The notes under the pieces are model-generated. The model did not search any database. It had not been told where the DNA came from and saw only the letters and a list, made by a program, of their open reading frames with translations. This document shows, one piece after another, positions 14,739-28,459 of a DNA stretch of 64,000 bases. This stretch comes from Eledone cirrhosa (taxonomy: Eukaryota): NCBI GenBank assembly GCA_964016885.1, contig OZ024742.1:282844001-282908000 (forward strand). The letters are read 5' to 3'. Every line of letters starts with the position of its first letter. The stretch's first letter is position 1. The translations under genes and the position numbers were made by a program.

Positions 14739-15076
14739 TTGTATACATGTGCGTATATATATGTATATATGTATGTATATATGTATATGTGTGTGTATAT
14801 ATGTATATGTGTATGTATATATATATATGTATATGTGTATGTATGAATGTATATATATGTATATGTGTATGTATATATATGTATATGTGTATGTATATAT
14901 ATGTATATATATGTATATGTGTATGTATATATATATATATATATATGTGTATGTATATAATATATATATATATGAATATATATATGTGTATGTATATATA
15001 TATATATGAATATATATATATATATATGAATATATATATGTATGAATATATATATGTGTGTATATATATATGTATA

Positions 15077-15140
<64 letters not shown>

Positions 15141-15185
15141 CATACACATATACATATATATATATATGTGTGTGTGTATATATTG
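14560..15185. repeat. Compound (TA)/(TG) microsatellite
   Basis: Direct reading. Confidence 0.95.
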
Positions 15186-15689
15186 TATTCTTCATTCTAC
15201 GCTAATGTAGTATTTTAGATAGTTATTTTCGTTGCGTCACACCCCACTGTGTAGTGCTTTAGTAACAACAGTAATATATATATATGTATGTGTATGTGAC
15301 TTGGTGGTGTGATAATGCCTCTAATACTGTACATATACCTAGAAAATTATATGTGTGTTAATACATGCAGGTAGCAATGATACATTTTAAAGCCAAATAT
15401 ATGTGTATGTGTGCACCTCATCCCAGAATAACTTATATTAATCGAAATAACAACCATTAAAATCTACACATTTTTGCCAACGCGAAACAAGTCTATTTTT
15501 TCTGGTAGCATCTAACTCTGAAGTCATGGGATTGAGATGCTTTGAGCTCTTGTTTGGTTGTTGAAGACCTTCTTCTGCAAGAAGTTATCGAGATGTTTGA
15601 GAAAATGGCAGTCTGTTCTTACGTCTAGTTCGTTTAATTTCTGCAGTCATTTGCGAGGCATCTGAGCTGGCGTTGTCACGAAGAACGAC

Positions 15690-15875
15690 AGGTTTGCGGT
15701 CGTGCCACTAGCCGTGGAAACTTCTGGTGTCGTTGGCCCTAGGGCCACCTCCCTACCTACCACCATAGGCACTGAACTGGCTAGCCTCAGGAGTGAGCCT
15801 CACGAGATGGAATGGCTCTTCCAGCGCAACTCCCTTACCATCCTCCGGGGAAACGCCTTCTCCATTCTGTCCGTC
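15690..15875 (+). pseudogene. 3' fragment of a CRE-clade (restriction-like endonuclease) non-LTR retrotransposon
   Basis: PLAVETSGVVGPRA...EMEWLFQRNSLTILRGNAFSIL matches the C-terminal 'P.AVET.G..G..A ... L.QR.S....RGNA..IL' motif of CRE-like elements; locally GC-rich. Confidence 0.75.
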
Positions 15876-16385
15876 GGGGCCGTGGGGCGGTCAGCACGTG
15901 GGACCCCATTTTCCCATAATACAGAGAGATGGGGAGGACGAGAGAGATGGAGGAGATGATAGTGGGAGTTCGGACACATTTATCAATTCTATGTTGCTGT
16001 TGATATTTTGTCTTTCCCGTTACTTCTCCCCCACTCATAACTGTAATAAGACTAAGTTTTGACCATTGGTCATTTCGGAATGACAACAGACAAAGACACA
16101 CAGACTGATAGATGTACAGTAACTTGACAGAGTGACACCACTTCAAACCTTACACTGCTTTACCTTAATTAAAGTGTTACGAGGTGCAATTTCATTATTC
16201 TTTTTTACCACTCTTGAATCTCTAACTATAAAAGCTGTCTATTCTGTCTAGTTAAGCTAGGTAGATAACTAGATATTTTATTTGTCTAATCTATCTATCC
16301 ATGTGTCTATATATGTCACACACACACACACGCACACACACACACACACACACACGCACACACACACGCACACACACACACATAT

Positions 16386-16555
16386 CAGACCTGCCAACCT
16401 CTAAAAACCCAAACGGGTAGTACCATGAACAAAAGTGCCTCAAAACGGGGAGATATGAGGAAAGCTATACCCATTTTCACAAGAGATGACATCTCTCACC
16501 CTCCCCTAAGTGGGTGAGAGACCACCCCGTCCGACGGGGAGAGTTGACAGGTCTG
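16386..16555. mobile_element. Short MITE with CAG-ended TIRs (hAT-like)
   Basis: CAGACCTGCCAAC ... GTTGACAGGTCTG (12/13 complementary); TSD not clear. Confidence 0.6.
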
Positions 16556-16688
16556 TGTCTAATGCTGGATATAAACGTCGCTGTTGCAGTTATTTCATTT
16601 TCTCATTTTTCTTTCAATATTGGTCGTTGCAATGATGGGTTCGTTCGTATTAAAAAAATAGCAGTTAATTATTCCACTTGCCGACAGA

Positions 16689-16954
16689 GCAGACTAGCAC
16701 TTATAACGCAGGTTTGATGTGGCAGACTAGCACTTATAACGCAGGTTTGATGTGGCAGACTAGCACTTATAACGCAGGTTTGATGTGGCAGACTAGCACT
16801 TATAACGCAGGTTTAATGTGGCAGACTAGCACTTATAACGCAGGTTTGATGTGGCAGACTAGCACTTATAACGCAGGTTTGATGTGGCAGACTAGCACTT
16901 ATAACGCAGGTTTGATGTGGCAGACTAGCACTTATAAGGCAGGTTTGATGTGGC
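16689..16954. repeat. 33-bp minisatellite, 8 copies
   Basis: Unit GCAGACTAGCACTTATAACGCAGGTTTGATGTG, near-identical, no spacers. Confidence 0.97.
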
Positions 16955-17265
16955 AAAATGTATTTGTGCTTCAAATTGGTTCAGCCACTGCATAGAACGA
17001 TAGACTCCTTTCCATGGACTTAAACTTGAATTGGAAAGGATGGGGGTAGGGGAGTATCTTTAATTTGACAGCCTAAAATAAACAAGAATAGACATTCAAA
17101 GCAAAACTGTTTACATAAATCGATAGGTTGAAATCTGTACTTCAATATAGTATATTAGATAGAGAAAATTATTAAATAAAAGTTTATTCCAAAATAAGCG
17201 TCGATGATTTTTTAAATATAACAAAAAAAGAAGCACCAATTATTTTTGCACCAAATCTAACACAC

Positions 17266-17298
<33 letters not shown>

Positions 17299-17750
17299 TC
17301 TTTTCTGTAGTGTATATTTCCTATTCCTATCCCCTCCCCTACCAATACCCTCCCTTCACCGCTGTTGTGTTTTCTAGAGAAAATGCAATAATTATGAACC
17401 TAAATGATAATAATAATAATTTCTTCATTTTCGTCTCCAGATAAATCCGTCCATCCATCCCTTGGGGGGGGGGGGGGAACTTTATTTCATCTCCCGTTCC
17501 ATTCCCCCACATTCACTTCACCCCCCACCCCTCACCCCTCCTCTTCATTCTCATACATATACTATTTGTCGTTATTGACCCCCTCTCTACTTATTTAGAG
17601 AAAGGTTCATTACTTCTTTGCTACGTGGTTGGGGTGTTCAATCCAATATCCTTTATCACCCCCACCCCACCCCCACACACACATACATTGGTTTCTGATT
17701 GAAGATCTGTATGTGTGTGTGTGTGTGTGTGTGTATGTGTGTGTGTGTGT

Positions 17751-17786
<36 letters not shown>

Positions 17787-17866
17787 AATACACGCGTACT
17801 TCAGTCACAGTACACGTCGTAATTTATCTAAAAGAAATGAAATGTTTTCAACTAGTCTTCACTACG

Positions 17867-17961
<95 letters not shown>

Positions 17962-17988
17962 CGATATATATATATATATATATATACG

Positions 17989-18033
<45 letters not shown>

Positions 18034-18263
18034 CACAAACATATATATATATACATATATATATATATACATATATATACATATATACTCATATATACAT
18101 ACATATATATACATATATATATATATATACATATATACATATGTATATATATATATATGCATATATACATATACATATGTATATATATCTATATATGTAT
18201 ATATATCTATATACGCATATATGTATACATATATATATATATGTATATATATCTATATATGTA

Positions 18264-18294
<31 letters not shown>

Positions 18295-18439
18295 GTATAT
18301 ATATACGTATATATATATGTATATATATATATATACATATATATATGTATATATACATATATTTATGTATATATATCTATATATATATATGCACATATAT
18401 ACATATATACATATATATATCTATATATATATATACATA

Positions 18440-18489
<50 letters not shown>

Positions 18490-18490
18490 C

Positions 18491-18525
<35 letters not shown>

Positions 18526-18579
18526 CTATATATATATACACATATATATATATATATATATCTCTATATATATATACAC

Positions 18580-18636
<57 letters not shown>

Positions 18637-18765
18637 TATATACATATATATATATACATATATATATATGTATATATATATACACATATATACATATATA
18701 TATATATATATATACACATATATACATATATATATATACATATATATATATGTATATATATATAT

Positions 18766-18840
<75 letters not shown>

Positions 18841-18899
18841 TATAACACATATATACACATATATATATACATATATATAACACATATATACACATATGT

Positions 18900-18946
<47 letters not shown>
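17867..18946. repeat. Compound (TA)/(CA) microsatellite, about 1.1 kb
   Basis: Direct reading. Confidence 0.95.
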
Positions 18947-18948
<2 letters not shown>

Positions 18949-19241
18949 TGTATCGTATACTTCTGATTTGCGCTCGACTTAATATATATCAAAATTAACT
19001 ACCAACATGTGTGCTAATAATATGCAAATAAGTACTTCCATTTCATTGATACTAATATAAGTGATAGGGTATATAAATCTCTCAGCCACACATTTTCTTG
19101 TGGCTGTTTAGATTATGTACATATCTTCTGACGGGAACCCATTCTAAGTTCCGTTGATCGAACAAGTGAACAACTGGAACATTTCATATGATGTTCGTGC
19201 GTGTCTGTTATTACAATTATAGAATCCTTGTCAAACCATGT

Positions 19242-19291
19242 ATATTACTATTAGTTTCAAATATACTGGTTGAGTACCCATCGTCAGACAT
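19242..19291 (-). ncRNA. Possible degenerate hammerhead motif
   Basis: Minus strand AUGU-CUGACGA-[UGGGUAC UCAACCA GUAUAUUU]-GAAA-CU AAU AG-UA/AUAU; weak stems. Confidence 0.4.
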
Positions 19292-19641
19292 CGGTAGACA
19301 ACTCACTGCCTGATTTTTTTGAATAAGTGAAGATGATGGTGTGCTTGGTGTGTCTGCTGCTTCTGTGGGCCAAATATTTTAACTACTGCTGTATTTTCCT
19401 TACATTAAATCAAATCAAAATATATGCCCACTTATGTATATCCATGGTACAACATACACACCTTCACCACCACAAACTCACCTCCAGTTTCTTGAACACA
19501 ACTACCACACCTCCCCTGCCGCTTTCTCTCTATCTCTTCCTCTCTGATATCTCTCTCTCACTCTCTTTCTCTCGTGTAACTCTCCCTCTCTTTCAGTCAT
19601 GTCTTACTCTTTCTCAGTCTCTCTCACTCTCTCTTTATCAC

Positions 19642-19687
<46 letters not shown>

Positions 19688-19690
19688 CTT

Positions 19691-19728
<38 letters not shown>

Positions 19729-20060
19729 CTATCACTTTCCACTTTCTCTATCACTCTATCACTTTCCACTTTCTCTATCACTTTCCACTCTCTCTCTTTC
19801 TCTCTCTTTTTCTCTGTGTATGCATCTACATCTCTCCCTCCCCCTCTCTCAAAACACACATACCTTATGCATTATTCTCTTTGAATTCTTCTCTTTCAAA
19901 ATGGTTTCTGTAGAGAATTGGCCAAATGTTTATGTATAACCTTACTTCTGTAAACACTGCTTACAAAATAAAAACACACACACACGCACGTAAATGTACA
20001 AACATACAGATGTGCACACTAAACGTACATGGATACACAAATGTACATGCATACTTATAC

Positions 20061-20123
<63 letters not shown>

Positions 20124-20335
20124 GAGAAGTGTATATGCGCGCAGTTACAAAATGTGCACCTACAAACACATGCAACCAAATAGAGAAACACGTATATACA
20201 CATACACACACATATATACAGGAGTACATCATAAACTCTATAATCACATACGCACACATATATATATACACAGCAGTACATCATATATATATACACTCAC
20301 ATCAGCACTGTTTAATGTCTATTTTACCATGTTTG

Positions 20336-20384
<49 letters not shown>

Positions 20385-20464
20385 TATATATATAGTACTC
20401 TCCATAATATTACATCGAGATTGACCATACGGAATGACCAATTATACCATCAAACCTAAATAAA

Positions 20465-20555
<91 letters not shown>

Positions 20556-20742
20556 TGTATGTATGTATGTATGTATGTATATACATACTCACACGCATAC
20601 ACACAGGAGTATGTTATATGCACAAGCGCACATATGACATCGACACATACACACAAGTTACCTCTTGCTCATCACATACAATAATATTTCATATCATGTC
20701 ATCACAGTAAATCTGTTATTATAATTGTTGTTATGATTGCTG

Positions 20743-20808
<66 letters not shown>

Positions 20809-20825
20809 ATGTGTATATTTATATA

Positions 20826-20852
20826 TTTTTCTCTTTTATTTTCTAGGTAAGT
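20826..20852 (+). promoter_or_regulatory. Candidate recursive splice site (3' splice site directly abutting a 5' splice site)
   Basis: TTTTTCTCTTTTATTTTCTAG|GTAAGT; second GTAAGT at 20915-20920. Confidence 0.5.
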
Positions 20853-21404
20853 GCAACTTTATTGACAACCCTCCAAATTATTATTACCATTATTAATATT
20901 GTCATTACATAGGGGTAAGTATGTTGTTTTTACTCTTGTTTTTCCCCTATTTATATATTATAAAGAGTCGGGTTCCCGACGGCTGAGCTCTTGCCATTTC
21001 AACAGCTAGTTCCAGACTTTTGACAATATAACGATACTCTACTATCCCAAGTATCAAGTACTGTGGTTTGTAATGGTCTAACCAGTGTCAAACTGGATCT
21101 ATCCCGATATATATATATATATGAGAGAGAGAGACGTATGTGATAGACGGCTATATAAATACAGTGTGTAACCGAGAATACACCAACGTGTATAAATATC
21201 TACACATATCTAATATGTAGGCATGTAAACATGCTATAAAATACGAATTTTCCTGTAAATTGAGAAAATGATAAACATCTTTAATCGATTTTAGGGTCTT
21301 ATTGGACCCCCATCAGATAAACCATCCAATAATCGACAAGCTATGGAAGTTGTTATAGGATTCTTAGTCACTAAACCTTCACTTTATTATAGATATGTTT
21401 ATTA

Positions 21405-21759
21405 TCTGAGTTCAAATCCCGCCGAGGTTGACTTTGCCTTTCATCCTTACGGGGTCGATAAAATAAAGTACCAGTAATGCACTGGGTAATTGCTGGCCTT
21501 GTGCCAAAAGTAGAAACAATTATTATAGTTATTCACAGTGGATTGGCAGTATCGGTAGAGGGTCGGACGCCAAGCATAGAGTTACGTCCCTTGCCATTCT
21601 GAGTTCAAATCCCACCGAGGTTAACTTTGCCTTTCATCCTTACGGGGTCGAAAGTACCAGTAATACACTGGGTATAATTGCTGGCCTTGTGCCAAAAGTA
21701 GAAACAATTATTATTATAGTTTTTCGCACTAGCATCATTAACAACATCAAGTAGAAACA
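21405..21759 (+). mobile_element. 5'-truncated SINE dimer with 3'-transduced flank and 19-bp TSD
   Basis: TSD ATTATAGATATGTTTATTA at 21386-21404 and 21760-21778; body is the reverse complement of 9061-9405. Confidence 0.85.
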
Positions 21760-22785
21760 ATTATAGATATGTTTATTACTCTTGTATGCTTCCATACTTT
21801 TTGTTGTTGCTGTTTTAGTATAATTTATTAACATGAATTTTATAACTTCAACTACTAAGATGTTCCAGTTGTATACCTCTAGCTCTATTTTTTAGTGTAG
21901 TATATTTGTATCAATGAATGATAGTTCGTAAAATATCTATCGTTACTGAACGTTATTTTTTTTTTCATCACTAATAAATTTTAATTACATCTTTAGGCTT
22001 CCATAAATGTTAACGTTTTCCCAATAATGTATATAAAAGAGCCTATATATATATATATAAGTGTATGTGTGTATATATACGTGCGTGTGTGTATATATAC
22101 GTGTGTGTGTGTGTGTGTATACGCACTCTTCATACCACCCACCTTTAATCTATGTTCAAAGAAAACTTCATCCAATAAATGTTAAACCTATTTTCAATAA
22201 GAATAACAAATACGTCTTTTTAATTATTTCCTCATTTAACACTGACCGTCACCGTCAACAACAACAACAACAACAACAACAACACCAAACATGACATGCT
22301 ACAGGACTTGTTTGAAAGGGTCACTAGTACACCATGCATAGGTCTTGGGTATTGTAAACACACCAGTGATGAAGAGGGGAAAAGCTCAATTGACTATAAT
22401 ACATTTTTCAAGATATTTCTTTATCTTTCTTGTCTATCTAGCTATCACCCTTCTCTCCTCTCTTTGATTTATTTAATCTATTATTCTAAACATATACCTT
22501 TGATTGGTTTCGTATCTGTGCCCTCTCCCTGTAGTATGATGACCTGTTGTTGTGCTTTTGTATCAGTTTACTTATTATAATTGGCGGTACTCTGTATTAC
22601 AATGGCTAGAGTGTCTCTAGGTGGAGACCAAACCTGCTAGCTGTCCATTCTCTCGCGTGTATAAGCTTTCAAGTGGACATGTCAAACACACACACGCACA
22701 AATACTTGTTTCCTGATTGGTTCAGCACACCTTTCAGTTTCTTTACCTTTAACTTTTAGTGGATATGTGTGTATACCAAGTTCCC

Positions 22786-22860
<75 letters not shown>

Positions 22861-22992
22861 GTATGTATGTATATATATATATACATATATATGTGTGTGT
22901 GTGTGTGTATCTTCAATGAAAGCTGACAGCTGACGAAATAGGCCCATGCTTCTCAGTATGCTCTTGAGTTTGTTTGTATGTATATATGTATA

Positions 22993-23063
<71 letters not shown>

Positions 23064-23146
23064 CTATGTATATATATGTATCTATGTATATATATGTAAG
23101 TATGTATATATGTATATATATGTATATATGTGTATATGTATGTATG

Positions 23147-23194
<48 letters not shown>

Positions 23195-23293
23195 ATAATA
23201 ATAAATGTGAAGACTATATATATATATATATATAAACACGTGTATATATATATAAACATGTGTGTGTATATATATGTGTATATATATATAAAC

Positions 23294-23327
<34 letters not shown>

Positions 23328-23602
23328 CAACGTGTGTATATATATACATGTGTTTGTGTGTCTCCTGTTTACCCACCCTTCACCAGTTTGTTTACCTAGC
23401 CAACAGGGACTTATTGGAAAAAAATTCCTGTAGGGATTTAGAGGCTACCTGCTAAAATCTCTTTGTAGTAGTAACTACTGCTGCTGTTGTTGTTGTTGTT
23501 GTTAACCACTGCAATTGGCTGCTATTATCATCATCATCATTGTTGTTGTTGTTACTAGGGCGACTATTATTAGAAGTATTGTCATGATAAAGGTCTGATG
23601 AA

Positions 23603-23645
23603 AGTAGTAGTAATAGTAGTAGTATCAGGAGTAACAGCAGCAGTG

Positions 23646-23684
<39 letters not shown>

Positions 23685-23752
23685 ATATCAGGAGTAGCAG
23701 CAGCAGTGGTGGTGGTAGTAGTAGTAGTAGTAATATCAGGAGTAGCAACAGC

Positions 23753-23789
<37 letters not shown>

Positions 23790-23866
23790 GTATCAGGAGT
23801 AGCAGCAGCAGTGGTGGTGGTAGTAGTAGTAGTGGTAGTGGTAGTAGTAGTAGTAGTAGTAGTAGA
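23603..23866. repeat. (GTA)n-based compound minisatellite with ATCAGGAGTAGCAGCAGCAGTG interruptions
   Basis: Direct reading, 4 higher-order units. Confidence 0.9.
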
Positions 23867-26106
23867 AGGATGAGGAAGAGGAGGGTTAGCAGTGGTGTAA
23901 GTTGGTGTTGGAGGTGGTGGTTGAAACAGGAAAATGTTTATTTTAAATAATTACCTCTTGACTATATCAATATTGCCTGCTTTTGTCACATATTGAGAGG
24001 AGGACATCTTTTCTTTTCCTTTGTGTCTATATATATATATATATATATATACATATATATAGTTTGTATATATATATATATATATATGTATGATAATGAG
24101 GTCGAGTTCGTGTAGGTGTCACGACAAAAAAACACAGTCCACGCTGTAATGTATGTAAATGTGGTTGGTGTTAGGAAGGGCATCCAGCCGTAGAAAACCT
24201 GCCAGATAGTCCTATACGAGCGAGACACGGTCACCCGACCAACCTTGGCTCAAATTGGGACAACTCCCCTCTAACCCATGCTAGCGTGGAAGATAGATGT
24301 TAAACAATGATTCCAGGGGTAAGGAAATGCACCCCCTCCCTCCAATCTCCATCAGTAGACAACTAATATGACTACTAAATATATATATATATTTGTCCCC
24401 CCGCCCTCCACACGTGTACATATCACATAGAAGTATACACAGTCGATTAAACCAACACCAGTGCATTACTGGTACTTTTATTTTATTTTTTATTTTATTG
24501 TCCCTGTAAGTGTGAAAGAGTTGATGGTGTGATAAATATATATATACATATACACCAGGTCTGAACACAAAAGGTGGCTGTGATGTTATGGTAGTTTTTA
24601 TAAGGAGTGATGTTATTGGTGGTAGTGATGGTGGTGTTGGTTTGTGTGAGGATGGTAAGGTACTTGGGAGAAAGGCAGTGAAGTGGTGGTTTTCATTGCA
24701 ATGGAAGTGATGATAGTTGTTACAATAGCGTTAGGAAATTGTGTTGTGGTAGTGGTTGCAATAATGGTGGTGGTGGTGGTAGTGGTGGTAGCAGTGGTCT
24801 TAATGATTGTTGTGATGATGGTTGTGGTGTTCGAATGCTGATGGTGATGTTATGGTCAGGGTGATTGTGATGTTTCTAATATTAGTGGTAGTGGTAGTGG
24901 TAGTGGGTATTAGTGTTAATGTGGTTGTGTTAATAGTAGTAGTGGTAATGGTGGGTTTTAGACTGTTGAAAAAATTATATATATAAATTAAAAAATAATA
25001 CAAGAATTAAAATTAAGCCATCAATGATGATATTTTGATGAGAAAGTTGGATTCTTTGTAAACGGATTGGAAAGGGTGTGGTGTGTGTGTGTGTGTGGTT
25101 TGTTGAAAAGTTTCCAGAACCTTCTCAAAAACAAAGAAAGAGGGAGAGAAAAAATGGGAGAGATGTATTTCATCATCTTCTCAAAGACACAGAGTGGAGA
25201 GAAAGAAGTGAAAGAAGGAGAGTGAGAAAGAAATGAATGAGAGAGGGTGAGATGTATTTCACCCATTTCTCAAAGAGAAAGAGAGAGAAAGATGGAAAAG
25301 GAGAAGAGACAGAAAGAGGGAGGTTAGAGAGAGTGGTTAGAGAAGTATTTTACCATCTTGTCAAAGACAAAGCAAAGGAGATAGAGGTAAAGAAAAAAAA
25401 GTGAGAGAAGAGCAAAAGAGTTCAGAGAGAAGGAAATATATTTTACCATCTGTTACATGAAGGAGGAATTGATTTAAGAACATTTTTGGTAATGAGATAT
25501 CACATTTGGCATTGGTATTGATTCCATCAGATATTTTCTGCACCATTTCTTTCTATGATATTCCACTTGTTTAGGGTTAGTTTTTTTTATCAAAAGAAAG
25601 AAAAAAAAGTGATTCTAGAATTTTTTACTAAAACTTTTAGAGAAACTGTCTTATTTCTTTCTTTTTTGTTTTGTTTTTATTTTTGTGATTTAATTTTTTT
25701 TGTGTGTGTGGGGGGATATCGGAGTGTGTATAGCTTAATCAGCGGAGGAGAGAATAAAAAATTGGGTTGGAGGAAGAGGGAGTAGTAGGAAGATGAGAGG
25801 GAAGAGGAATCGAGGATGAGGAAGGGGAGGATATGCACTACCTATGACTTTTGCATGTCCTTCTAGATTTGTTAAGATATGTTCTAAAAAAAAAAATACA
25901 TTATCAGATGTGTCCTTAAAAATAAAAGTTGGTGGTTTTGAGATGTTCAGCATGAAAATCTCTCAAGAATCAATGCCTAAAAGAGGGAAAACTAAATGTG
26001 AGCTGTTGAGGATTTGAACAAAGATCCAGAATTTCTTTCCCTCTTTTTTCTCTATATTTCCGTATTCTTTCCTCTCCCCCCCCCCCTTTATTATTGCCGT
26101 CATTAT

Positions 26107-26280
26107 TAGAGGGTCAGACGCCATGCTTTGACGCATAGTTCCGGCCCTTTCCATTCTGAGTTCAAATCCTCCCAAGGTTAACTTTGCCTTTCATCCTTAC
26201 GGGGTCGATAAAATAAAGTACCAGTAAAGCACTGAGTAATTGCTGGCCTTGTGCCAAAAATAGAAACAATTATTATTATT
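26107..26280 (+). mobile_element. Nin-like SINE
   Basis: Same core and ATT tail as 6316-6505. Confidence 0.85.
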
Positions 26281-26846
26281 ATTGTTACTGTAAATAAAAT
26301 CATGTTTATACAGTTTTTATCATAAATAAATTTGGAATATATACAATACCAGAAGACATTTCATCTGATGCACTAATGATTTGACTAATTCACCACCTTC
26401 GACCAGTATGTTTTTTTATCACTCTAAGTGTGATGAAAAGCAAAGCTGACTCCACTGGAATTTGAACCTAGAAATCAAGAATCTGGAATATACATCACAA
26501 GGCATTTCATTCGATTCTCTAACATTTCTATCACTTCACCACATGGTGTGTCTATAAAAGTGGTTTATAGTAATTATTTTATAAAGACACACAATATCCT
26601 TGTTCTGTAAAATGGTTGCTAAAGTGGTTCTATGAGAACATGCTTCCAGTACACTGTGTAGTATGGTTAGCATTAGGAAGGACATCCATCTGTAGAAACT
26701 ATACTATGGTTAACCAACTTGTCATCTCAGACCATGATAACCCATCCAATCCATGCTAGCATGGAAAATGAATGTAAGATAATGATGATGATGATGATGA
26801 TGATGAAGGTGATAGTGACACTGTTAAAAGGTGTTAAGGGTTTGGT

Positions 26847-27059
26847 GAAGGCGTGTGGCTGAGTGGTTAGAGAATTGGATTCGCAATCGTAAGGTTGTGA
26901 GTTCGATTCCTGGACCAGGCGATGCGTTATGTCCTTGAGCAAGACACTTTATTTCACGATGCGACCGATAGATAGTATTAGCAATTGGAAAGACCAACGG
27001 AAACATTGATTCCTCGGTCCGATTTGACGAAAGTCGATCGTTCCAAAAAAAAAAAAAAA
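26847..27059 (+). mobile_element. tRNA-derived SINE (GTCCTTGAGCAAGACACTT core) with A tail; sister at 37999-38198
   Basis: A-box TGGCTGAGTGG, B-box GAGTTCGATTCC, poly(A) end. Confidence 0.85.
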
Positions 27060-27595
27060 GGGTTGCGTAATTAACACCATTGAACCTGAAACTCTAGAAG
27101 GACAGCTGCTGCTTTTGAGTAGGTAATGTTGAAATATAAATCCTGGTTGATCCCCAGTAAACCTAAAAACCTTGTGGGTGTACTCCAGTGGATATTACCA
27201 AATATCTTCAATTTCAACATTCTTCTCTCTCCCTCATGAGAAATACAACAAATGGTATTTTTTCTTCTTCTCTTGCCTTGTTAAATGCCTACACATGATT
27301 CATTTATTTATTATTATTATTATTGTTATTGCCATTATTATTTTTATTGCGCATCATTACTGCGTTACCGAGCACAGCTCTGTGTGCCTTGGGTGTGAGC
27401 AGCATAGTTTTTTGCTGATGTTGTTTCTATTGTATTGACAGTACTTTTCATAATATGTGTGCAGTGCCTAGTAGTGCTATCTTTTGTATGCTGTATATAT
27501 TTGTAAGTCCTGGGGTTTTGGCTATGTATTTGTCTGTGTGTTTCTTTATCATTCCTAGAGCACCTATTATTATTATTATTATCATTAATAATAAC

Positions 27596-28024
27596 ATGCT
27601 TTCCAGCATAGTTACGTCCCTTTACGATCTGAGTTCAAATCCCGCCGAGGTTAACTTTACCTTTAATCCTTACAGGGTCGATAAAATAAAGTACCAGTAA
27701 TGTACTGGGTAATTGCTGGCCTTGTGCCAAAAGTAGAAACAATTATTATTATTATCATTATTGTTTCTGAGATATATGCCGAGTGTCTTCCTGACACCTA
27801 ATTATTATTATTATTATTATGAGTGGATTGGCAGTATCGGCAGAGGGTCGGACGTCATGCTTTGATGCATAGAGTTACGGCCCTTGCCATTCTGAGTTCA
27901 AATCCCGCCGAGGTTAACTTTGCCTTTCATCCTTATGGGGTCGATAAAATAAAGTACCAGTAATACACTGGGTAATTGCTGGCCTTTTGCCAAAAGTAGA
28001 AACAATTATTATTATTATTATTAT
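27596..28024 (+). mobile_element. Two adjacent Nin-like SINE copies
   Basis: 27596-27752 and 27823-28024, each with core and (ATT)n tail. Confidence 0.85.
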
Positions 28025-28414
28025 TCAGTAGTACTGTTCATAGTAGAGTGGTAGTAGTGTCAGTATAATGTCGGCCAAATTATAATAATGATGTATGCCA
28101 ACAACAACAAGACACCATGTTAGTTAAGGAGTCTTGTCTGAAAGTTTAAATTTGATCCCTTTTTCTCTCATAGCTTGTTTCTAAGTGAAGCAAGCACTGA
28201 GTATCCCCCCATGAGACCAATGAATACATACACATATAGTCTTTCATAAGAAAAATTATTTCTTAATATAGTTTTCTGTTTTCCTTTTATATTTTTATTT
28301 TCTTTGCCTCCAGTCCTCCCCACCACCTGCATAGCCATCCTACCCATCTCCACCCACCCATATTCCAACTAATATTAATAATTAAATTTGCAGTTTTATT
28401 GTAGCAGCAGCAAC

Positions 28415-28459
<45 letters not shown>

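Noticed and set aside
16689-16954. CRISPR-like 33-bp repeats (also the 37-, 26- and 38-bp arrays)
   Set aside because: Units are contiguous with no variable spacers
17699-18966. Long ORFs of 374-393 aa (similar ones at 14447-15205, 52804-54062, 63089-63901)
   Set aside because: Stop-free translations of TA/CA microsatellites (YIYI, THTH, CVCV)
21280-21321. Hammerhead-like minus-strand motif CUGAUGG-GGGUC..GACCC-UAAAA-UCGAUU
   Set aside because: Both core boxes mutated and stem I weak; at best a fossil
25361-25546. Possible minus-strand exon (MVQKISDG...)
   Set aside because: No recognisable homology or convincing splice-site pair
26847-26920. Functional tRNA genes at SINE heads (also 37582, 37999, 51582)
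   Set aside because: A/B boxes present but they run into SINE cores and lack a proper acceptor stem
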